From Demequinaceae bacterium (GTDB lineage: Bacteria > Actinomycetota > Actinomycetes > Actinomycetales > JAJYRW01), in NCBI GenBank assembly GCA_027322505.1, contig DAHVRJ010000136.1, positions 8,935-72,934 of the forward strand: a stretch of DNA of 64,000 nucleotides. Direction: 5' to 3'. Position numbers and translations under genes: made by a program. Position 1 is the stretch's first letter. Each line of letters starts with the position of its first letter. Below are positions 42,452 through 51,985 of this stretch, one piece after another. The notes under the pieces are model-generated. The model did no database searches and was not told the DNA's origin. It saw only the letters and a program-made list of their open reading frames with translations.

Positions 42452-44101
42452 GTGGATAATCAAACATTTGCTGAGCTTGGCGTTATGCCAGAAATAGTTT
42501 CAGCGCTCGAAAAAGTCGATGTCACCCATCCTTTTCCGATCCAGGCTCTCACCCTGCCCGTGGCGCTGGCGCGCCACGACATCATTGGTCAGGCCAAAAC
42601 CGGGACCGGAAAGACGCTCGGATTTGGCATTCCGCTGCTCCAACACATCCTGGCTCCGGGCGAGGCAGGATTTGAGGACTTAAAGGAACCCGGCGCGCCG
42701 CAAGCCCTTGTGGTTGTGCCCACCCGCGAATTGGCAGTGCAGGTCGCTACCGACCTAGAAAAAGCGTCTACCACGCGCAAGGTGCGCGTTCAGCAGATCT
42801 ATGGCGGCCGCGCTTTTGAACCCCAAATCTCGGCTTTACAACGCGGGGTCGAAGTCGTCGTTGGCACGCCCGGGCGCCTACTTGACCTGCTGCGCCAGCG
42901 CCACCTGAATCTCAATCACGTCAAGACGGCCATCTTGGACGAGGCTGACGAAATGCTCGATCTGGGCTTTTTAGAAGACGTGGAAAAGATCCTGGCCGCT
43001 ACCCCACACACTCGCCACACCATGTTGTTTTCGGCCACCATGCCGGGCGCGGTTGTGGCCCTGGCGCGGCGCTATATGACCCAGCCCACGCACATTCGGG
43101 CGGAAGACCCCGAAGACTCCGGCGCCACCGTAAGTGCGACCAAGCAATTGGTCTATCGCGCGCACGCACTAGATAAAATTGAGGTTCTGGCCCGGCTTTT
43201 ACAGGCGGAGGGACGCGGGCTAACAATTGTTTTCACCCGTACAAAGCGCACGGCAGCCAAAATTACGGACGATTTAAATGACCGCGGTTTTGCCGCTGGC
43301 GCGATCCACGGAGACCTGGGTCAGGGGGCGCGTGAACAGGCACTGCGCGCATTTCGAACCGGCAAGGTCGACGTACTCGTCGCAACCGATGTGGCAGCGC
43401 GCGGCATAGACGTAGAAAACGTCACGCACGTTGTTAATTACCAGTGCCCGGAAGATGAAAAGGTCTACCTCCACCGCATCGGGCGCACCGGCCGGGCGGG
43501 ACTGACCGGCACCGCGGTCACGTTCGTGGATTGGGACGACGTCCCGCGCTGGAGCGTTATTAACCGCGCCCTGGATCTGGGCTTCCCGGAACCGGTGGAA
43601 ACCTATTCTTCCTCTGACCACCTTTACTCCGACCTAGGAATCCCCGCTGGAACCAAGGGCACTCTGCCTAAGGAGAAGCGCACGCGCGCCGGGTTGGAAG
43701 CCGAAAAACTTGAAGACATTGGCGAAACCGGGAAGCGCACCGCTGGCGCTGGTTCGCGCGGCGGTCGCGGTGAGCGCGGCGGTCGCGGTGGTCGAGCGGG
43801 TGGCTCTCGCCGCGACGGGCGTGGCGATGGCAACTCCCGCCGTGACGGGCGTGGTGGCGGCGGTTCTCGCCGCGACGGGACACGGCGCCGCAAGCGCACG
43901 CGCCGGGGCCAAAACATCAACCGGTCGGATGCCGGACAATCTGGCGCTCCCAGCGGTTCAGACCAAAAGCGCGGCGCGGCTACGCCGGCAAATCGACATG
44001 GAAACCAAAACGGTCAATCAAATTCCGGCCAGCAGCGGTCCCGGCGCCGCCGCCGGACGCGGGGCGGCAATCCCATCGAAACCAAGGGCGGCGCCAACTA
44101 G
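42452..44101 (+). CDS. DEAD-box ATP-dependent RNA helicase with RGG/RRDG-rich tail
   Basis: Q-motif FPIQ, AKTGTGKT, PTRELA, DEAD, SAT and HRIGRTGRAG. The C-terminal ~130 aa are R/G-rich. Confidence 0.92.
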   Translation: MDNQTFAELGVMPEIVSALEKVDVTHPFPIQALTLPVALARHDIIGQAKTGTGKTLGFGIPLLQHILAPGEAGFEDLKEPGAPQALVVVPTRELAVQVATDLEKASTTRKVRVQQIYGGRAFEPQISALQRGVEVVVGTPGRLLDLLRQRHLNLNHVKTAILDEADEMLDLGFLEDVEKILAATPHTRHTMLFSATMPGAVVALARRYMTQPTHIRAEDPEDSGATVSATKQLVYRAHALDKIEVLARLLQAEGRGLTIVFTRTKRTAAKITDDLNDRGFAAGAIHGDLGQGAREQALRAFRTGKVDVLVATDVAARGIDVENVTHVVNYQCPEDEKVYLHRIGRTGRAGLTGTAVTFVDWDDVPRWSVINRALDLGFPEPVETYSSSDHLYSDLGIPAGTKGTLPKEKRTRAGLEAEKLEDIGETGKRTAGAGSRGGRGERGGRGGRAGGSRRDGRGDGNSRRDGRGGGGSRRDGTRRRKRTRRGQNINRSDAGQSGAPSGSDQKRGAATPANRHGNQNGQSNSGQQRSRRRRRTRGGNPIETKGGAN

Positions 44102-44107
44102 AAGGTG

Positions 44108-44128
44108 GTGCCGGCGCAACGCCGGCAC
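44108..44128. terminator. GC-rich hairpin between convergent genes (I-shaped terminator candidate)
   Basis: GTGCCGGCG-CAA-CGCCGGCAC forms a perfect 9-bp stem. It fills the 27-bp gap between the helicase stop (44101) and the MarC stop (44129). There is no U-tract. Confidence 0.5.
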
Positions 44129-44740
44129 TCAGACTTCTGCGACGAAGCTGGTGACGGCTTCTGCGATGAGCTGGACGGCGATTGCGGCCAAAAGGATTCC
44201 GGCAATTCGCGTGACCAGTATCGTTCCGCCGGTGCCCAATATCCGGTGAATGACGTTGGAGAACCGCAGCGCGGCAAAAATTGTGATGTGCACGGCAAGA
44301 ATGCCGAGATAGATAGCTGAAAATTCGTCCACTCCGCTGGCTGCGTGGATGAACACCATTGTCGCCACGATTGCGCCCGGTCCCGCTAAGAGTGGAATTC
44401 CCAGCGGCACAAGGGCGACATTTACGCCCTCGCGTCCCTTGGGGTCTTCGTCAAATTTTCCGGTTAAGAGTTCCAGCGCCACCAGCAGTAGGAGCAAGCC
44501 GCCCGATGCCTGCAGTGCCGGAAGTGAAATATGGAGATAATCCAAGATGGACTGTCCAAAGAGCGCGAAAACTAAAATTACGCCCAGTGAAACGAATGTC
44601 GCCTGGATTGCCGCCCGCGCGCGCTGCTTAGCAGTTTGAGCTTCCGTGAGAGCCAAAAAGACGGGAATCGTACCCGGGGGATCCATAATCACAAATAGGA
44701 TTACAAAAACCTCGGAGAGCAGCCTCCAGTCAATGCTCAC
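44129..44740 (-). CDS. MarC family (UPF0056) membrane protein
   Basis: FVILFVIMDPPGTIPVFLALT and six TM segments. GTGA overlap with the upstream gene. Confidence 0.85.
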   Translation of the reverse strand: MSIDWRLLSEVFVILFVIMDPPGTIPVFLALTEAQTAKQRARAAIQATFVSLGVILVFALFGQSILDYLHISLPALQASGGLLLLLVALELLTGKFDEDPKGREGVNVALVPLGIPLLAGPGAIVATMVFIHAASGVDEFSAIYLGILAVHITIFAALRFSNVIHRILGTGGTILVTRIAGILLAAIAVQLIAEAVTSFVAEV

Positions 44741-45579
44741 GGGCGAATCACCTCCAACATTCCTTCGGCTTCAATGAACTCCAAACTCTGCGGGTCCGTC
44801 AGGTTTTCACCCAGCCGATTCGGTTTGCCAGTGCCGTGATAGTCGCTGGCCCCGGTGGTGATGAGGCCTAGGTCGTTGGCGAGGGAGCGCAAGCGTTCCT
44901 TGGTTTTCGGCGAGTGATCGCGGTGGTCCACCTCGAGCCCGGACATTCCTGCCCGAGCCATCGCTTCAATTACCTCTGGGCCGACAGTTAATCCGCGAAC
45001 CGAGGCACCCGGGTGGGCAAAAACGCTTACGCCGCCTGCGGCACGCACCATTCGCACCACGTCAACCGGATCAATCGTGGGGTTGTGCACATAATACTTA
45101 TTTCGCGGGTGCAGCAACTCCTCAAATGCAGCGCTGCGCTCGGAAACGATGCCGCGGGCTACCAACGCATCAGCGATGTGGGGCCGACCCAGAGTTGCGC
45201 CTGGCTCCACCTGAGATAAAACGTCTTCCCACGTGATGTCGTAATCAACACCAAGGCGCTCCACCATGGTGCGGGCGCGGCTATCACGCGAAGTACGAGT
45301 ATTAGTGAAAACCTCCTGCAGGGCGGCGTCATGCGGATCGAATAGATAACCAAGGAGGTGCACTGTAATGCCGCCAACCGCACAGGAAATCTCGGCGCCG
45401 CGCACCAGCGCGACCCCGGTCCTTTCGACGGCGGCGCTAGCTTCTTCCCAGCCGGAAATGGTGTCGTGGTCCGTTAATCCAATGACGTCAATATTGGCTT
45501 TGGCGGCCGCCGCCATTACTTCAGCGGGATCCTCCGTACCGTCTGAGCGGTTGGAGTGCGTGTGAAGGTCAATGCGCAC
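44737..45579 (-). CDS. PHP domain metal-dependent phosphoesterase (TrpH/YciV-like)
   Basis: MRIDLHTHSNRSDGT, GLTDHDT, AHPG and SDYHG. Confidence 0.85.
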   Translation of the reverse strand: MRIDLHTHSNRSDGTEDPAEVMAAAAKANIDVIGLTDHDTISGWEEASAAVERTGVALVRGAEISCAVGGITVHLLGYLFDPHDAALQEVFTNTRTSRDSRARTMVERLGVDYDITWEDVLSQVEPGATLGRPHIADALVARGIVSERSAAFEELLHPRNKYYVHNPTIDPVDVVRMVRAAGGVSVFAHPGASVRGLTVGPEVIEAMARAGMSGLEVDHRDHSPKTKERLRSLANDLGLITTGASDYHGTGKPNRLGENLTDPQSLEFIEAEGMLEVIRP

Positions 45580-45638
45580 AGGCTCACCATACCGCGGCCG
45601 AATTGTGCGGTTTTCTGGCCCAGTGGGACGATAAAGAC

Positions 45639-47126
45639 ATGTCTGAAAACTTACGCGAACGCGGTAGCGCCCGCTCCCAGCGTCCCACTTCCGATGCTTT
45701 CAAGAAATTCATCGCAGCGAACTGGGAGCCGCGCAGCACCGAATTACCCTCCCAGCGAGAGTCCGCCCCCTACGCCGCACGGCGCCGGGCTGCCATAGCC
45801 GAAACCTTCCCCAATGAGCGCCTGGTGATTCCGGCCGGTGGTCTAAAAGTGCGCAGCAATGACACTGATTATCGCTTCCGGCCCCACTCAGCTTTTGCGC
45901 ATCTGACGGGCCTGGGAACAGACCGCGAGCCGGAAGCGGTCCTGGTGATTGAACCGGACGGCGAAGCGGTGTTGTATTTCCACCCCCGCGCTTCGCGTGA
46001 TTCTGATGAGTTTTACGCCGATGCGCGCTACGGCGAACTGTGGGTGGGCGCCCGCCCGAGCTTGGAAGAAGTGGAGGCGGAAACCGGAATCACGTGCCGG
46101 CACATATCCGAGTTTCCCGATGCGCTCGCCAAAGATGTGGGTCCGGCAGATGAGGCCGGTGCTGTCCAACTGCGGATCGTGCGCGGGGCGGACGCCCAGA
46201 TAAATGCCCTAGTTGATGAAGTCCGTTCCACCGCAGGCGTCACTACAACCGACACTTCGGCAGATGACCTGCTCACCGAAGCACTTTCCGAATTACGACT
46301 GGTGAAAGACGATTGGGAAATCGCCGAAATGCGATCTGCAATCGCTGCAACCATCACCGGATTTGAAGATGTAGTGCGTTCCCTACCGCGCGCAATTGGT
46401 CACCCGCGAGGGGAAAGGGTCATCGAGGGCGCCTTCGGGGCGCGAGCCCGCGAGGAAGGCAATGGATTGGGCTACGACACAATCGCGGCTTCAGGCGCGA
46501 ACGCCTGCACACTGCACTGGATTAGAAACGATGGCGAAGTCGGCAAAGACGACCTGCTTCTTTTAGACGCCGGCGTGGAGGTCGATTCGCTTTATACCGC
46601 GGATATCACCCGCACACTGCCCGTATCGGGACAGTTTTCAAGCGCCCAGCGTCAGGTTTATCAGGCAGTTTTGGACGCCGCCGATGCTGCTTTTGCGGTG
46701 GTGCGTCCGGGAGTTAAGTTTCGCGATGTGCACGCCGCGGCGATGGAAGTCATTGCGGCACGTCTCGATGAGTGGGGCCTGCTTCCAGTATCAGCTGCGG
46801 AATCGCTCTCCGAAGAGGGCGGTTTTCATCGGCGCTGGATGGTGCATGGCACCAGTCATCACCTGGGCATTGATGTGCACGACTGCGCGCAGGCGCGTCG
46901 AGAAATGTACTTGGATGCCCAGTTGCAACCCGGCATGATCTTCACCATTGAACCCGGTTTATATTTCCGGGCGGAAGACCTGTCCGTTCCGGTCGAATTT
47001 CGCGGCATAGGAGTGCGCATTGAAGATGACGTACTCGTGACCGAAGACGGTTATGAAAATCTCACAGCGGCGCTTCCGCGCACGCCCGATGCGGTCGAAG
47101 AATGGATGGCTAGCCTGCGCAAGTGA
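45639..47126 (+). CDS. Xaa-Pro aminopeptidase (M24 family)
   Basis: LLLLDAGVEVDSLYTADITRT, HGTSHHLGIDVHD and FTIEPGLY. I prefer the ATG at 45639. The track ORF begins at 45603. Confidence 0.88.
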   Translation: MSENLRERGSARSQRPTSDAFKKFIAANWEPRSTELPSQRESAPYAARRRAAIAETFPNERLVIPAGGLKVRSNDTDYRFRPHSAFAHLTGLGTDREPEAVLVIEPDGEAVLYFHPRASRDSDEFYADARYGELWVGARPSLEEVEAETGITCRHISEFPDALAKDVGPADEAGAVQLRIVRGADAQINALVDEVRSTAGVTTTDTSADDLLTEALSELRLVKDDWEIAEMRSAIAATITGFEDVVRSLPRAIGHPRGERVIEGAFGARAREEGNGLGYDTIAASGANACTLHWIRNDGEVGKDDLLLLDAGVEVDSLYTADITRTLPVSGQFSSAQRQVYQAVLDAADAAFAVVRPGVKFRDVHAAAMEVIAARLDEWGLLPVSAAESLSEEGGFHRRWMVHGTSHHLGIDVHDCAQARREMYLDAQLQPGMIFTIEPGLYFRAEDLSVPVEFRGIGVRIEDDVLVTEDGYENLTAALPRTPDAVEEWMASLRK

Positions 47127-47224
47127 CGCGGATCGGCTCAGCACGCGAAGTTCTGGTCATCTTGCAGAACCCGAGGTCTAGCGCAGTTTGTCATCCCGCA
47201 AAGGCCGCGATCTAGACACGAAGC

Positions 47225-47869
47225 TTACTGCCCGCTTTCGGGGCCGGACCCTGGCTGGCTGGGGCCGGTCCCTGGCTGACTGGTGCCGGACTGACCGGGA
47301 CCCGACTGACCAGCACCTGGCTGACCGGCGCCCGGCTGACCGGGACCCGACTGGCCAGCGCCCGGCTGACCCGGACCGCCGAGGCCGGCCCCGGGAAGCT
47401 TGGCGAGTATCCGGCGGGCTTCACCCGCGTGCTCGGCCCGGCACAGCACCGCGTAGGTGGCGGCAACGATCTGGCTTGAAGACGTAAAGTCGCGCTTTCC
47501 ACCGGTGAACATGAAAGAAATGACCCCAAAGAGCATTCCAAAGCCCACGCCAATGGCGATCGCTGGAAGCAAAGAGGCCGGTTCATCGGAAAACATGGTC
47601 AAAAGCAAACCCACAAAGAGGCCGAACCATGCACCTGAAAGCGCCCCAGCCAGGGCTACGCGCGCATAGGTAAGGCGGCCGGTAACGCGCTCCACCATGC
47701 GCAGGTCCGTTCCCACGATGGTCACGTGCTGGACCGGAAACTCCTCGTCAGAGAGAAAATCTACCGCGCGCTGCGCTTCGAGGTAACTCGTAAACGAGGC
47801 AAGTTCTACACCACTGGGTAACGTGGGAACGCGCGGAACATTGCTTGGAGGCCGACCGGAGATACTCAT
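47225..47869 (-). CDS. Membrane protein with general-stress-protein-like N-terminal domain and G/P/Q repeat tail
   Basis: ASFTSYLEAQRAVDFLSDEEFPVQHVTIVGTDLRMVERVTG, then 2 TM segments, then (PGAGQSGPGQ)n. I prefer the ATG at 47869. The upstream part of the 376-aa track ORF looks non-coding. Confidence 0.65.
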   Translation of the reverse strand: MSISGRPPSNVPRVPTLPSGVELASFTSYLEAQRAVDFLSDEEFPVQHVTIVGTDLRMVERVTGRLTYARVALAGALSGAWFGLFVGLLLTMFSDEPASLLPAIAIGVGFGMLFGVISFMFTGGKRDFTSSSQIVAATYAVLCRAEHAGEARRILAKLPGAGLGGPGQPGAGQSGPGQPGAGQPGAGQSGPGQSGTSQPGTGPSQPGSGPESGQ

Positions 47870-48017
47870 GTGCCAAGTCTTACCTACTTTTGACCAAAGC
47901 GCATCCATCTCTATGCCAGCTGCGCAGCCGAAGTCAGGCAAGCCGCAGCTCCTTTCCTTCTCAGCAGCGGCTGCGGCCCGTGAAAGCACTAAAATCTGCG
48001 CGGCGTACCATCGAGGT

Positions 48018-49145
48018 ATGTCTTTGCCCACTGTAGAAACCGTCACCGCCGCCCTGGATACGGTGCTCGACCCTGAGATTCGTAAACCAATAACCGAATT
48101 AAACATGGTCGACTCCGTTGAAATTGGCGAGGGTGGATCCGTCCTAGTAAATGTGCTGCTTACTACCGAGGGCTGTCCGCTAAAGTCGACGATCACCCGC
48201 GATGTCGAAAACGCGGTGAAAGAAGTCGAGGGAGTCTCTTCGGCCGCCGTAAGTCTCGGCGTTATGAACAAGGAACAGCGTGAAGCGCTGCGCACGCAGC
48301 TGCGCGGAGGCCAGGCTGAACCCGAAATTCCCTTTACCAAGCCCGAGTCACTCACCCGCGTCTACGCGATCGCCTCGGGGAAGGGTGGCGTCGGCAAATC
48401 CACTGTCACGGCAAACCTTGCCGCCGCCATGGCCGCCGATGGCCTGCGCGTGGGGGTAATTGACGCGGATGTTTACGGGTTTTCCATTCCGCGCATGATG
48501 GGCGTGAAACTTCCGCCCACCCGCGTTGACGACATGATCTTGCCGCCGGTGGCACACGACGTAAAAGTAATCTCGATCGGAATGTTCGTGCCCGGCAATC
48601 AGGCCGTGGTTTGGCGTGGGCCCATGCTGCACCGGGCGCTGCAGCAATTCCTGGCCGATGTGTTTTGGGGGGATTTGGATGTGTTGCTCTTGGACCTGCC
48701 CCCGGGTACGGGCGATATCGCAATATCCACCGCTCAGTTGCTGCCAAATGCGGAGATCGTGGTTATTACCACCCCGCAGGCCGCGGCCGCGGACGTGGCC
48801 GAGCGCGCCGGGTCGATCGCTGTGCAAACCCGCCAACAAATTGTCGGCGTGATCGAAAATATGAGCTGGTTGACCCAGCCCGACGGCTCGAAATTAGAAC
48901 TGTTCGGCGCCGGTGGCGGACAAACCGTGGCAGATCGCCTCAGCGAAACGCTCGGTTCTCAGGTCGACGTTATTGGTCAAATCCCGCTCGACGTGGCCGC
49001 CGGTGCGGGCTCCGACGCTGGCACCCCGGTTGTCCTCAGCGATCCCGACTCCCCCGCCTCAACTGTAATTACTGAGATGGCGCGCAAGCTCACCAAACGC
49101 TCTCGGGGCTTGGCGGGTCGCTCGCTCGGACTCAGCCCGCTCTAA
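48018..49145 (+). CDS. mrp: Mrp/ApbC-type Fe-S cluster carrier ATPase with N-terminal DUF59 domain
   Basis: ALDTVLDPEIRKPITELNMV (DUF59) and deviant Walker A SGKGGVGKST. I prefer the ATG at 48018 with a GAGG RBS. The track ORF begins at 47823. Confidence 0.9.
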   Translation: MSLPTVETVTAALDTVLDPEIRKPITELNMVDSVEIGEGGSVLVNVLLTTEGCPLKSTITRDVENAVKEVEGVSSAAVSLGVMNKEQREALRTQLRGGQAEPEIPFTKPESLTRVYAIASGKGGVGKSTVTANLAAAMAADGLRVGVIDADVYGFSIPRMMGVKLPPTRVDDMILPPVAHDVKVISIGMFVPGNQAVVWRGPMLHRALQQFLADVFWGDLDVLLLDLPPGTGDIAISTAQLLPNAEIVVITTPQAAAADVAERAGSIAVQTRQQIVGVIENMSWLTQPDGSKLELFGAGGGQTVADRLSETLGSQVDVIGQIPLDVAAGAGSDAGTPVVLSDPDSPASTVITEMARKLTKRSRGLAGRSLGLSPL

Positions 49146-49195
49146 GACCCCTCGAAGGGTTAAGCGCTCGACTGTTTTCATCGACCCAGCCCGCT

Positions 49196-49630
49196 TTAGG
49201 TCGCCTCGTCATCAAAGGGCGGGGGCTGGTCCGCATCGCGCTGCGCGCCCGCCTTCGCACCGCGAACGGCGGTGGCTGTCCCGGCGCTCATTGCTGCCCC
49301 GGTTCCCGCCGCGGCTGCGCCCGGGCCTAGGCGCCGACCAGCACCGGTCCCCGTCGTCGCTGGACCGTCTGCATCATCAGTGAAAACCGCTTCGCGCACG
49401 ATTCGGCGCGGGTCGTACTGCCGGGGATCCAGTTTATCCCAGGGGATGTCCTCCCCCTCGGGGCCCAACTCGTCACGCACCTTATTCTGCGCGTCGCTGA
49501 GCATTGCTTTGAGCCCGCGCACGAGTTTTCCTAGTTGGGCTGCATAGTGCGGGAGTCGTTCAGGGCCCACCACGATCAGGATTATTACCAGCAGGATGAG
49601 CGCTTCAGAACCGTTAATCCCGGCAAACAT
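49196..49630 (-). CDS. tatB: Sec-independent protein translocase TatB
   Basis: MFAGINGSEALILLVIILIVVGPERLP. The position after htrA matches the conserved sigE-rseA-htrA-tatB order. I prefer the ATG at 49630. Confidence 0.8.
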   Translation of the reverse strand: MFAGINGSEALILLVIILIVVGPERLPHYAAQLGKLVRGLKAMLSDAQNKVRDELGPEGEDIPWDKLDPRQYDPRRIVREAVFTDDADGPATTGTGAGRRLGPGAAAAGTGAAMSAGTATAVRGAKAGAQRDADQPPPFDDEAT

Positions 49631-49640
49631 GGCAGGTGGG

Positions 49641-51107
49641 TCACTCACTCTCGGTTTCATCGAGAGTGACCGAGACTTCTTTTTCACCCGAACCGTCCCG
49701 AGGGCGGATCGTCAACTCGATCTCATCCCCGGGTGCTTTCGCGCGAATGGCGACAATGAGCTCATCGGGCTGAGTAACGGGGCGTCCGTCAATTGCCAGG
49801 ATCACATCCCCCGGTTCGATACCGGCCTCTTCTGCCGGTCCGCCCGGAGTCACGGCCTCCATATCGGCGCTGTCTTCTTCGAGTACTTGAACGCCCTCGC
49901 CGTTATAACGATTGTCAAGCAGCACCCCAACAATGGGATAGGTTGCCTTACCCGTTTCCATCAATTGATCCGCCGTGCGACGGGCTTGACTGGCGGGAAT
50001 TGCAAACCCTAAACCGATGCTGCCGCTCGAGCCTGGTACCTGTGCGATCGCCGAGGCAATCCCCACCACCTGCCCGGACATGTTCACCAGCGGACCGCCC
50101 GAGTTGCCGGGGTTAATAGCGGTGTCAGTCTGAATGGCGTTGATGAAGGCGGTGTCAATTTCGTCGCCCGCCGCCACCGGCCGATTAAGCGCGGAGACAA
50201 TTCCAGTTGTGACTGTCCCGTCCAAGCCCAGCGGCGCGCCAATCGCTACAACCTGCTCCCCCACTTCAACACTTTCGGAATCGGCCAACTCCAGCGGCAC
50301 GAGGTCATCTCGATCAACTTTCAAAACAGCAAGGTCGTATGAGACAGTGCTGCCAACCACCTCGGCCTCTTCTTTGCGTCCGTCGGCGAAGGTAACCGTC
50401 AACTGCCCATCTGCATTGGCAATAACGTGGTGGTTAGTCAGTAAATATCCGTCGGTCCGCACCGCAAATCCCGAGCCCGAGGAGGCGCCGGTGTCAATCG
50501 AAACCACGGAGGGAAGTACCGCATCAGCAACGGAAGTGACGCTGCCTGCTAGCGTCTCGCCGTCCTCACCCGTGGGCGTTGGCGGGGGCAGTGCAACGGG
50601 CTCCGAACCGGTTCCGGGTACGAAGAACGCGCCGACCGCTCCCCCAATAAGGCCCGCGATCAAGGTGAGTGCAATAAGTACCAGTACGGGAACGCCGCGC
50701 CGACCGTCTTTCGAGCGGGTCGATTGGTGGCCCGGATCATACGGCCCATACGGCGACTGCGGGGGCGACGGCTGCGGGTGCGAAGAGGGCCCATACGGCG
50801 ACTGCGGGGGCGATGGCTGCGGGTGCGAAGACGGCCCATAGGGAGTCTGGGCGTATGGCCCCGGTGAGTACTGCTGAGTTCCGCGTGGATCATCCGCCTG
50901 CTGCGCGTATGGGGACTGATAGGGATTAGGCCCCGCACCAAAACCAGCCCAGCCCCCGGTTTGGAATACCGGCGGCGCGCCGGGACCGGTATCTTCCACT
51001 GCGCGACCCGCGTCCGGCTTTTGGGACTGAGCAGGCTGCGTTGGCGGGAATGATCCCGGTGCGGCAAATCCCTTGTCGTCTTCACCCATACTGTTTTTCT
51101 CACTCAC
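49641..51107 (-). CDS. htrA: HtrA/DegP-family serine protease with PDZ domain
   Basis: Catalytic TNHHV, D and GNSGGPL. C-terminal PDZ GIEPGDVILAIDG. Pro-rich N-terminus plus a TM anchor. Confidence 0.9.
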   Translation of the reverse strand: MSEKNSMGEDDKGFAAPGSFPPTQPAQSQKPDAGRAVEDTGPGAPPVFQTGGWAGFGAGPNPYQSPYAQQADDPRGTQQYSPGPYAQTPYGPSSHPQPSPPQSPYGPSSHPQPSPPQSPYGPYDPGHQSTRSKDGRRGVPVLVLIALTLIAGLIGGAVGAFFVPGTGSEPVALPPPTPTGEDGETLAGSVTSVADAVLPSVVSIDTGASSGSGFAVRTDGYLLTNHHVIANADGQLTVTFADGRKEEAEVVGSTVSYDLAVLKVDRDDLVPLELADSESVEVGEQVVAIGAPLGLDGTVTTGIVSALNRPVAAGDEIDTAFINAIQTDTAINPGNSGGPLVNMSGQVVGIASAIAQVPGSSGSIGLGFAIPASQARRTADQLMETGKATYPIVGVLLDNRYNGEGVQVLEEDSADMEAVTPGGPAEEAGIEPGDVILAIDGRPVTQPDELIVAIRAKAPGDEIELTIRPRDGSGEKEVSVTLDETESE

Positions 51108-51985
51108 CCAATTACTTGGCGAACCTTATGGACGCCCCGCATCACTCGTGCCCCGATTCCCTCATCCACCGGAGCTGGTGGGAATGATTCTATGATCAGG
51201 GCAATGGTGTCATGGGGCGCGTCGGCGGCAACGCTAATTACCCGATCCCCACGCTGCCACACCGCAGTGAAGGGTGCCTGTTCAATCACCTGGACCTCAT
51301 AGCCCGCAATTTGGGCCGGCTTACCAAATGCGCGGTCCCCCAGCGGCAATTTGCCCCGGCGCTCGCGCACGACCACTTGGGAGGCATCGACCGTTAAGAT
51401 CGCTTCTATTTCGTCGCGGGTGGGGTCCGGCGCGATCGACAAAATCTCTAAATCGGCAGTCTGCTCTTCCAAACGCCGCAGTTCAGGCTCCAGTTTGCTT
51501 TCCGACTCCGCCGAGCTGACAGCGGCCATAAAGCGCGGCGTGGGGCTACGCTGCCCCAAAAGGCTGCTTTGGGCCCGCTGCGCCACATTTTCACTCACAT
51601 CCGGCAGGTCATATGAGCCGACCACAGCCAAAAGCGCGATTGAGGCGGCCAGCCCAAAGGCCGTAACGAGCACGCGGCTGGTCCAGGTTTGTTTTTTCTC
51701 CGGCGCGGGAGGCTGTTGCAGTGCCTGTGTCTCTTCTATGGCAGCAAGTTGATTCAAAAGCGCGGGGCTGGGAGTAACAATCGGGGACGTGGCGAGCAGA
51801 CCGCGTACCTCGCGAATTTCCAGTACCGCTGCTGCACACTCGCCACACACTGCCAGGTGGCTCTCGACTCGCTCCGCATCCGCCGCGACCAACTGCTCAT
51901 CCACATACGCCGAAAGCAGGGCGCCAAGATGATCATCCCCCAGCGGCAAATTGTCGCCTGCCCCAAATTCGGACTCCTGCGTCAC
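51104..51985 (-). CDS. rseA: Anti-sigma-E factor (zf-HC2, RseA-like)
   Basis: HLAVCGECAAAV is the HxxxCxxC motif. A central TM segment is present. 4-nt overlaps with sigE and htrA. Confidence 0.75.
   Translation of the reverse strand: MTQESEFGAGDNLPLGDDHLGALLSAYVDEQLVAADAERVESHLAVCGECAAAVLEIREVRGLLATSPIVTPSPALLNQLAAIEETQALQQPPAPEKKQTWTSRVLVTAFGLAASIALLAVVGSYDLPDVSENVAQRAQSSLLGQRSPTPRFMAAVSSAESESKLEPELRRLEEQTADLEILSIAPDPTRDEIEAILTVDASQVVVRERRGKLPLGDRAFGKPAQIAGYEVQVIEQAPFTAVWQRGDRVISVAADAPHDTIALIIESFPPAPVDEGIGARVMRGVHKVRQVIG

Noticed and set aside
47823-48355. Mutually overlapping 5' extensions of the divergent stress-domain gene (track ORF extends to 48355) and mrp (track ORF begins at 47823).
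   Set aside because: The extensions have no family-like sequence and overlap each other. Internal starts at 47869 and 48018 give full-length conserved domains and a normal 148-bp divergent spacer.
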